From the IMG/VR virus record IMGVR_UViG_3300023174_002543, positions 1-64,000 of that record: a DNA stretch of 64,000 bases, one strand, 5' to 3'. Of the stretch, positions 56,730 through 64,000 are shown piece by piece. Within the stretch, counting starts at the first letter, position 1. Every line of letters starts with the position of its first letter. The notes under the pieces were generated by a model, which ran no database searches, was not told where the DNA came from, and was given only the letters and a program-made list of their open reading frames with translations. The position numbers and the translations under genes were made by a program.

Positions 56730-59096
56730 ATGATAGCCGCTGCAGCCGCAATTGAAGAAGCCTTAGCATTACTGTCCGCAGGTACTGCTGAAGCCAGCGC
56801 CGGCGCCAGAGCAGCTGGTGCAGGTCTAAACGATTTAGATAAATCTACCAATACCGTCAGCCGAACGTTAGGGGTTGATTTTGTAAAATCAATTAGAGAA
56901 ACTATTAAAAAATTAGATGAATTAGCTGACGAAATTATTCAACTAAAAGGCGGTGCAGAAAAATACGGAAAGCAAAACGACTCGCTAATTGCCGGAGCGA
57001 TAATTTATGACCAAATATTAAAAGAAAACTATAAATCAGCAATGGGCATGACAGCCGCTGCTTTGGTCTTTAATGATACGTTAATGTCTTTTACTAAGGC
57101 TGCGTTAAAACAAAATGACCTATTAGTTAAAGGATATCAAAAATTAAGTGAATTTGGTGCAGTAGATAGTACGGGATTACGCGGAGTATTAGATACTATT
57201 AAGCGTGTAGGAGCATCACCTGAGACAATGGATTTTGTGCTGTCTACTATTCAAAGGCATAGTGAAGACCTAGCAATATTTGGTGGCACTGTGTCACAAG
57301 GAGCAAAGAGATTTACTTCTGTAGTAGAAGGTTTATTAGATCCTGCTGACAGCGCATACCAAGCATTAACTAATTTAGGCTATACCAACGAAGACATATT
57401 AAAATATGCCGGTAGTTATGCATCGCAAACATCTAGGATGATGAATTCATCAGCTAAAGATACTGCTTTGTTAAAACAAGAAACAATGGCATATTTGGTA
57501 ACTCTGGCTGAATTAGCAGAATTGACTGGCGTAAGTCGTGACCAACAAATGGCCGCAGCAGAAGAATTAAAAAGAACAACTGAATGGAGATTATACCTTC
57601 GACAACTAGAACAATCAGGTCAGGGAGATCTAGCAAACACATTACGTGAATCTATGACAATTATTATGGCTAAGAATAAAGACCAAGGTTTAGCTATTCT
57701 AGACAGGATATTGAATAAAGGCCCGACAACTGAGAAAAGTGCCGCAATGGGGTTGCAAGTAGATAATGCAACAAGAGTAATGATGGACCTAGCTAGGTCC
57801 GGTGCAGATGCTGCTACAATTACTAGTGGTACTATTAAACGACTAGGGACCGATTCAGCTAAAGTGCTGGATACATTTGGTACTACTCTAGGGTTAAGCA
57901 AAGAATTTCAACAACGCATGGGTGTAACAGATAAAACGTTTGACATGGAGGCTCTGAGTAAGGGACAAGATGCAGCACTTGCGTCAGTTAAGGCAAACAC
58001 TAAACTAATGACAGAGACAGGCGATGCAGCTCTAAACTCTGAGGCAAGACGTAAACAGCTAGAAATGGCTTATGCAAATTATCAACAAGAACTGTATTTT
58101 AACATGGCTAAAACAGCAGTACCTGCAATGGAACTGTTTGTACAGGGTTTAATTAAATTGGCTAAAGGAATGGATTATGTTTATCCAGAACTACTAAGAC
58201 CAGCTGAAGCCCTTAAGGAATTTGACAAACTAGATAAAGCAAATAAGTTAAACGATATAACAAAAGAGCAGATTGAAACTACACAAAAATTAATTGCAAA
58301 TCAAAAATCAATTATAGAACAAGAAAAAATAATAGCACAAGAAAAAGCAAAGGGGCAGGCGGGAGATGCTGATGCTCAAAAAAGATTAGCCCAACATAAT
58401 GAAAAACTTAAAGAACTTCAACGTCAAAGAGAACAATTAGAAAAAACAGCTAATGAAGCAAATGAAAAATCTAATAAACTTAAACAAGCTAGTAATACTA
58501 CTCAATCATCTAATAATACTCAAAATGTAAATGAGTTACTGGCAGGATTAAGAATTAAACAAGGACCTGAGGGTGCATTAAGACCGGGTGGAACAGTTCT
58601 ACCCGAAACTGCAAAAGCTGCACAAGAATTTGCTAAACTGTTTCCTAACTATACACAATTCAATGCATTTGATGACAAGCATCATCAGGGTAAAGGTGGT
58701 AGTCTACATCCAACAGGTAGAGCGTTTGATGTAGGTGTTACTGAAAAACCAAGTGATGCAGTACTAAATGACCTTAAAGAAAAATTAAAAGAGTTTGGTG
58801 TTACTAATTTAAAATACGAATCAAAAGGTGAACAAGGGTCAACTGGTAATCATATTCATGTTGAAGTAGATCCAACTCAGTTTAAGAGTAAAAAAGTTTC
58901 TATGAGTGTACCTGACTATAGTACAATGGATAACACTAATATGGCAAAAACAAATATACAACCAAATTCAGTTGTAGGTCAAGTGGGTCAAGACAATACA
59001 ATAATGGTATCAAAACTAGATGATTTAAAAACATTATTTGATAAGTCATTGAGAGTACAAGAGGAAATTCTTACTCATACCAAGCTATTAGCATAA
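56730..59096 (+). CDS. Tape-measure-like protein with C-terminal M15/LAS-type Zn peptidase domain
   Basis: Ala-rich helical body; SLHPTGRAFDV...GNHIHVEV (H-x6-D and HxH). Confidence 0.65.
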   Translation: MIAAAAAIEEALALLSAGTAEASAGARAAGAGLNDLDKSTNTVSRTLGVDFVKSIRETIKKLDELADEIIQLKGGAEKYGKQNDSLIAGAIIYDQILKENYKSAMGMTAAALVFNDTLMSFTKAALKQNDLLVKGYQKLSEFGAVDSTGLRGVLDTIKRVGASPETMDFVLSTIQRHSEDLAIFGGTVSQGAKRFTSVVEGLLDPADSAYQALTNLGYTNEDILKYAGSYASQTSRMMNSSAKDTALLKQETMAYLVTLAELAELTGVSRDQQMAAAEELKRTTEWRLYLRQLEQSGQGDLANTLRESMTIIMAKNKDQGLAILDRILNKGPTTEKSAAMGLQVDNATRVMMDLARSGADAATITSGTIKRLGTDSAKVLDTFGTTLGLSKEFQQRMGVTDKTFDMEALSKGQDAALASVKANTKLMTETGDAALNSEARRKQLEMAYANYQQELYFNMAKTAVPAMELFVQGLIKLAKGMDYVYPELLRPAEALKEFDKLDKANKLNDITKEQIETTQKLIANQKSIIEQEKIIAQEKAKGQAGDADAQKRLAQHNEKLKELQRQREQLEKTANEANEKSNKLKQASNTTQSSNNTQNVNELLAGLRIKQGPEGALRPGGTVLPETAKAAQEFAKLFPNYTQFNAFDDKHHQGKGGSLHPTGRAFDVGVTEKPSDAVLNDLKEKLKEFGVTNLKYESKGEQGSTGNHIHVEVDPTQFKSKKVSMSVPDYSTMDNTNMAKTNIQPNSVVGQVGQDNTIMVSKLDDLKTLFDKSLRVQEEILTHTKLLA

Positions 59097-59099
59097 ATA
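59092..59099 (+). promoter_or_regulatory. Late promoter (CATAAATA), 6 nt before the portal ATG
   Basis: CATAAATA-TTACAT-ATG with no SD. Confidence 0.55.
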
Positions 59100-59105
59100 T
59101 TACAT

Positions 59106-60908
59106 ATGACATATAAAAAGCGTTTTCACGGCCCCAATACTACAGGGGCATTGAGCCCTATTTCAGGTAGAAGTAGTAACACTGGTGCTTGGAACGGTAA
59201 TGACTATCCCACAGATACAGGTGGACCAGTTAGAGATGGCTACAATAATCAAGATTTTGGCTATAAAAACTATCAAAGCCGTTTGCCAGAAGTTTATACA
59301 GGTCACCCTAATCGCATTGAACGATACAATCAATATGAAATGATGGACGTAGATGCTGAAATTAATGCATGTTTAGACATTATTGCTGAGTTCAGTACAC
59401 AGAAAAATGAACAAAATAACACACCTTTTGAGATAGTTTTCCATGAAGATCCAACTCCCCATGAAGTAGAACTAATCAAAAAACAGTTACAACAATGGTG
59501 TAAACTCAATGATTTTGATACACGTATATTCAAAGTCTTCCGTAATAGTTTAAAGTACGGGGATCAGGTTTTTATTCGTGATCCCGAAAACTTCAAGTTA
59601 TACTGGGTTGACATGACCAAAGTTACTAAAGTTATTGTTAACGAAAGTGAAGGTAAAAAGCCTGAGCAATATGTTATCAAAGATATCAATCCAAATTTAC
59701 AGAACTTAACAGTAGCAGAGAAGGTAAGTACTGACTTTGCAGCCAATCCCAGTACAGGTTTCGGTGGTACAGGCGGAGGCGGAGCCGCCCAAGGTTACAC
59801 TGTTCCAAGCATGCCTGCAGGTACTGCAGGTAGTCGTTTTAGTTTAGCATTAAATGAAGCGGCTATTGAAGCTAAACATATACTACATCTTAGTTTAACT
59901 GAAGGTTTAGATAGATTTTGGCCTTTTGGTCAAAGTGTTTTAGAAAATATTTTCAAAGTATACAAACAAAAAGAGTTATTGGAAGATGCTATTCTAATAT
60001 ATCGTGTACAACGTGCTCCGGAACGTAGAATTTTTAAGATTGATGTAGGTAATATGCCAAGTCATATGGCTATGGCTTTTGTTGACAGAATTAAGAATGA
60101 GATACATCAAAGACGTATTCCAAGTATTCAAGGTGGCGCAAGTATTATGGATGCAACATATAATCCATTAAGCATGAACGAAGATTACTTTTTTCCAGTA
60201 AGTGAAGGTGGTAGAGGATCTGATGTTACCACACTTCAAGGTGGACAAAACTTAGGTGAAATTAGCGATTTAACATATTTTAACAATAAGTTAGCACGTG
60301 GTCTACGTGTCCCAAGTAGTTATTTACCACAAGGTCCAGAAGATAATCCAGTAGCATTAAATGACGGTCGTGTTGGAACTGCTATGATTCAGGAGTTTCG
60401 TTTTAATCAATATTGCGAAAGACTACAAAACTATCTAGCACAGAAATTGAATGAAGAATTCAAGTTATTCATGCGCTGGAGAGGACTAAACATTGACGGT
60501 GGACTATTTGACTTAAAGTTCAATGCACCCCAAAACTTTGCTGCTTATCGTCAAAGTGAACTAGATACTGCACGTGTTACTATATTTCAAACAATGGAAG
60601 CATTTCCTTACATCGCTAAACGTTTTGCAATGGAACGTTTCTTAGGCTTAACTAAGGAAGAGATTGAAGAAAATAGCAAAATGTGGTTTGAAGAACGTGA
60701 AAAACCCGAAGATAGTGAAGCACAAGGTAGTGATTTACGTAGTATTGGTATCAATCAAGGTGATATTGAAAGTGATACAGATACTGCAGAGGCTATGGAA
60801 GAACCACCAATGGAACCAGGCATGGAAGGCATGCCACCAGCAGTTGCAGGCCCAGAATCTATGCCTGCAGGCGCAGCAGGTGCACCGGCGGGCGCACCAA
60901 ATATGTGA
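59106..60908 (+). CDS. gp20: Portal protein (T4 gp20-like)
   Basis: LLEDAILIYRVQRAPERRIFKIDVGNMP, EDYFFP and GGQNLGEI motifs. Confidence 0.95.
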   Translation: MTYKKRFHGPNTTGALSPISGRSSNTGAWNGNDYPTDTGGPVRDGYNNQDFGYKNYQSRLPEVYTGHPNRIERYNQYEMMDVDAEINACLDIIAEFSTQKNEQNNTPFEIVFHEDPTPHEVELIKKQLQQWCKLNDFDTRIFKVFRNSLKYGDQVFIRDPENFKLYWVDMTKVTKVIVNESEGKKPEQYVIKDINPNLQNLTVAEKVSTDFAANPSTGFGGTGGGGAAQGYTVPSMPAGTAGSRFSLALNEAAIEAKHILHLSLTEGLDRFWPFGQSVLENIFKVYKQKELLEDAILIYRVQRAPERRIFKIDVGNMPSHMAMAFVDRIKNEIHQRRIPSIQGGASIMDATYNPLSMNEDYFFPVSEGGRGSDVTTLQGGQNLGEISDLTYFNNKLARGLRVPSSYLPQGPEDNPVALNDGRVGTAMIQEFRFNQYCERLQNYLAQKLNEEFKLFMRWRGLNIDGGLFDLKFNAPQNFAAYRQSELDTARVTIFQTMEAFPYIAKRFAMERFLGLTKEEIEENSKMWFEEREKPEDSEAQGSDLRSIGINQGDIESDTDTAEAMEEPPMEPGMEGMPPAVAGPESMPAGAAGAPAGAPNM

Positions 60909-60919
60909 TAAATAATATT

Positions 60920-61147
60920 ATGAAACTATTTGAAATGTTTGACCAAGCTGTCTCAGGATACCAAGACACCGGTACGGACAATAGCAAAATCAAATGGAAA
61001 GAAAGTCGAAAGACCAAATTAACACTACGTCAAATACGTAAACTACGTAAAATGAATGACGTTCGTAATTTCGAACACGTATCAAATCTTAAAAAAGTTC
61101 GCAAACAATATGCACCGGCGCCAGCAGAAGGCGCACCAACTCTGTAA
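60920..61147 (+). CDS. Small prohead-associated protein
   Basis: RKTKLTLRQIRKLRKMND motif; lies between portal and protease. Start refined to ATG 60920, 5 nt after GATAAATA (60907..60914). Confidence 0.6.
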   Translation: MKLFEMFDQAVSGYQDTGTDNSKIKWKESRKTKLTLRQIRKLRKMNDVRNFEHVSNLKKVRKQYAPAPAEGAPTL

Positions 61148-61256
61148 AATATTACAGATTTATATCAAAAACGCAAAAAAATAGCACTTATTGAGTGATT
61201 TATTAGTATAGTCACTAAATAACTCTACAAAGCCATTTACATTCAGGAGACAAACA

Positions 61257-62168
61257 ATGGACAACAAAAAATTTGAAAAGTTAATTGATTTAATTATCAA
61301 TGAGAATGAAGAACAAGCACGTGCTTTATTTCACGATATCGTAGTTGAGAAATCACGCCAAATTTACGAAGGCCTAATGGACGAAGAAATGGGCATGAAC
61401 CAATCTATGGGTATGCTTGATGAGTTAAGCGCACAAAATGATGCCGAAGAACAAGGCGCATTTGAAGCTGATGAAGAATTTGATGACATCGAAGTTGGTG
61501 ACGATGGTATGGGTGACGAAGAAGTTGACCTAGACAGTGACGAATTCGATGACGAAGAAGGTGAAGAAGATTTAGAAGACCGCGTTGTTGACTTAGAAGA
61601 CAAACTAGACCAGTTAATGGCTGAGTTTGAAGAAATCATGGGTCAAGAAGGCGAAGAAGGCGACGACATGGACGGTGACGACATGGACGGAGAAGAATTC
61701 GGCGGCGAAGAAGATGACGAAATGATGGAAGCTAAAGATGATGATGAAGAATCATTAGAAGAAGCTGACGATTCAGAAGATGATGACGCATTAGAAGAAT
61801 CTGTACAATTACAAAAAGTTAAAAATGTAACACATGGTGACAACGGTCAAAATACTAAATCTATCGTTAGCGGTGGACCAAAAGTATCAGGTAACGGTGC
61901 ATCAGCAGCTAACTTGAACAAAGGTTATCAAGATAGCGGTAAAGGTGGTACACAAGGTGGTGTTTTAGCTCCAACTACTAAAGACATTAAACATGCTGGC
62001 GCATATGGCAATAGTCCAAACAGCTTTAAGTTCAAAGAAAAGGGCGAAGCAGCACCAAAAGCAAAACACGGCGATGACGGTCAAAATACTAAGTCTATTG
62101 TAGGCGAAGGTAAAAAGTCTGTTAAAAAACCAGTAGCTAAAACTACAACAAAGAAAATTGTTAAGTAA
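61257..62168 (+). CDS. Acidic prohead core/scaffold-like protein
   Basis: Very Asp/Glu-rich; strong SD AGGAG; lies in the head morphogenesis cluster. Confidence 0.6.
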   Translation: MDNKKFEKLIDLIINENEEQARALFHDIVVEKSRQIYEGLMDEEMGMNQSMGMLDELSAQNDAEEQGAFEADEEFDDIEVGDDGMGDEEVDLDSDEFDDEEGEEDLEDRVVDLEDKLDQLMAEFEEIMGQEGEEGDDMDGDDMDGEEFGGEEDDEMMEAKDDDEESLEEADDSEDDDALEESVQLQKVKNVTHGDNGQNTKSIVSGGPKVSGNGASAANLNKGYQDSGKGGTQGGVLAPTTKDIKHAGAYGNSPNSFKFKEKGEAAPKAKHGDDGQNTKSIVGEGKKSVKKPVAKTTTKKIVK

Positions 62169-62182
62169 GGTAACCTGAGATA

Positions 62183-62818
62183 ATGGCTTTGTATCTTAAG
62201 GAAAATTTAACATTCGACCGTGCAAGCATGGTGGTTGAGTCCGTTAAAGAAGACGGTGATAAAAAGAGCCTTTACATGAAAGGCATCTTCATTCAGGGTG
62301 GGGTTAAAAACGCTAATGAGCGTGTTTACCCCGTTTCTGAAATTGAAAACGCAGTACAAACATTAAACGAACAAATATCAGAAGGTAATTCAGTTCTTGG
62401 TGAAGTGGATCATCCTGATGATTTAAAAATTAACCTAGACCGTGTATCACATATGATTACATCTATGTGGATGGACGGAGCTAATGGTTTCGGTAAATTA
62501 AAGATTTTACCAACTCCAATGGGACAACTAGTATCAACTATGTTAGAAAGTGGAGTGAAGTTAGGAGTAAGTTCCAGAGGCAGCGGCAACGTTGATGAAG
62601 GATCAGGCAAGGTTAGTGACTTTGAAATAGTCACTGTGGATATTGTCGCACAGCCAAGTGCACCTAATGCATACCCTAAAGCAATTTATGAAGGAATGAT
62701 GAACTTACGTCATGGTCATAGAATGTTGGATATTGCAAAAGATGCACAAACTGACAAAAAAGTACAGAAATATTTGAAGGATGAGGTAACTCGTCTTATC
62801 AATAATCTGAAGTTATAA
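62183..62818 (+). CDS. gp21: Prohead protease (T4 gp21-like)
   Basis: KNANERVYP, GEVDHP, LGVSSRGSG and DIVAQPSAP. Confidence 0.95.
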   Translation: MALYLKENLTFDRASMVVESVKEDGDKKSLYMKGIFIQGGVKNANERVYPVSEIENAVQTLNEQISEGNSVLGEVDHPDDLKINLDRVSHMITSMWMDGANGFGKLKILPTPMGQLVSTMLESGVKLGVSSRGSGNVDEGSGKVSDFEIVTVDIVAQPSAPNAYPKAIYEGMMNLRHGHRMLDIAKDAQTDKKVQKYLKDEVTRLINNLKL

Positions 62819-62829
62819 AGGGGAACAGC

Positions 62830-63930
62830 ATGTTTGATGCTATCAAACCATTACTTGATACAGGAATCATCAATGAAGAAACCAGCCAAGCTATAAACGA
62901 AGCATGGGAATCTAAATTGAATGAGGCTAAGGAACAAGTACGTGCAGAATTGAGAGAAGAATTTGCACAACGTTATGACCACGATAAAAGCATAATGGTA
63001 GAAGCCCTAGATAAAATGGTTACAGAAGGCTTGACAGCAGAAATTGAAGAATTTCAAGCTGAAAAGGCTGCAATGAACGAAGACCGTGTGAAAGCACATC
63101 AAAAACTACGTGAAAACGCAAGTAAATTCAATGAATTCATGGTAACAAAGTTATCAGAAGAAATCAAAGAACTACGTAGTGAGCGTAAACTACAACTAGA
63201 AAGTCAGCAAAAGTTAGAGCAATTTATTGTTCATGCTTTAGCAAGAGAAATTAAAGAATTCTCACAAGACAAACAAGCAGTAGTTGAAGCAAAGGTTAAG
63301 TTAGTTGCAGAAGGACGTAAACAGTTAGAAGCATTGAAAGCAAAATTTGTTGCTGAAAGTGGAAAACGTGTTAACGAATCTGTTGCTAAACATCTAAAAG
63401 GCGAATTAAGCCAATTAAAAGAAGATATTAAGACCGCACGTGAAAACGATTTTGGTCGCCGTATTTTTGAAAGTTTCGCTAGTGAATTCAGTACAACTCA
63501 TTTAAATGAGAAGGCTGATACTCGTAAGTTAATGCAAGCATTAGCTCAAAAGGAAGAACAATTAGCAGAATCCACACAGAAAATAGCCGAAGCTAAGAAA
63601 TTAGTTGAAAGCAAAGAACGTGAAGTTCGTATTATCAAAGAATCTAGTAGCCGTCAAAAAGCTATGGATGAGTTGTTATCTACTCTAAATGAGGAAAAAG
63701 CAACTGTAATGCGTGACTTACTAGAAAGCGTCCAAACACCTCGTCTACAGGCCGCTTTCGATAAGTATTTACCAAGTGTTTTGAATACAATTACAGAAAA
63801 GAAAGAAAGTAAAAAAGCTGTCTTGTCTGAGAGTGTAAAAGAAGTTACTGGTAATAAATCTGCCACAAAACAAGTTGAAGCCGAAGACCGTAATAACGTT
63901 ATCGACCTTAGACGTTTGGCAGGGCTTTAA
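62830..63930 (+). CDS. gp22: Prohead scaffolding protein (gp22-like)
   Basis: Glu/Lys-rich coiled coil located between protease and capsid genes. Confidence 0.8.
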   Translation: MFDAIKPLLDTGIINEETSQAINEAWESKLNEAKEQVRAELREEFAQRYDHDKSIMVEALDKMVTEGLTAEIEEFQAEKAAMNEDRVKAHQKLRENASKFNEFMVTKLSEEIKELRSERKLQLESQQKLEQFIVHALAREIKEFSQDKQAVVEAKVKLVAEGRKQLEALKAKFVAESGKRVNESVAKHLKGELSQLKEDIKTARENDFGRRIFESFASEFSTTHLNEKADTRKLMQALAQKEEQLAESTQKIAEAKKLVESKEREVRIIKESSSRQKAMDELLSTLNEEKATVMRDLLESVQTPRLQAAFDKYLPSVLNTITEKKESKKAVLSESVKEVTGNKSATKQVEAEDRNNVIDLRRLAGL

Positions 63931-63960
63931 TCAAAAAAGACATATTAGGAGAATATAAAA

Positions 63961-64000
63961 ATGTCACAAGTTCTATTAGAAAGCCGTTGGGATGAGACTA
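63961..64000 (+). CDS. gp23: Major capsid protein (gp23-like), 5' end only
   Basis: SD AGGAG, then MSQVLLESRWDET, in the canonical position after gp21-gp22. Only 13 codons are visible. Confidence 0.65.
   Translation, partial: MSQVLLESRWDET

Noticed and set aside
21233-63930. Short opposite-strand ORFs within structural, gp46 and head genes
   Set aside because: They lie fully antisense to long, motif-supported genes and are treated as shadow ORFs.

Overview
This is a 64-kb segment of a large AT-rich T4-like myophage genome (standard genetic code, no tRNAs or CRISPR seen). From left to right it holds: (1) 1-9.2 kb, a tail-fibre adhesin locus with three paralogous Gly-rich gp38-like genes interleaved with tailoring enzymes (Dph6-like PP-loop ATPase, degenerate ATP-grasp, C-N hydrolase, radical SAM/SPASM, fatty-acid-desaturase family); (2) 9.2-18 kb, a glycosylation/carbamoylation island; (3) 18-50 kb, tail and baseplate genes including a 5727-aa protein; (4) 50-55 kb, gp55 late sigma, gp47/gp46 and a Holliday junction resolvase; (5) a ~400-nt highly structured non-coding element; (6) gp51/gp26-like genes, tape measure, portal, prohead protease, scaffold and the start of the major capsid gene. 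The top candidate novel system is that two gp38-like adhesins are each split at the same poly-Gly loop. Each separately translated C-terminal half starts with a near-identical leader MNxDxIKKRRLIACGACAC, and the two cassettes bracket a radical SAM/SPASM enzyme cluster, which suggests RiPP-style maturation of a receptor-binding tip. Other highlights are the large nested-helix ncRNA candidate at ~55.0-55.4 kb, a likely -1 frameshift fusing the gp26- and gp51-like ORFs, and many apparently leaderless transcripts. All family calls come from motif recognition by eye; no database searches were run.
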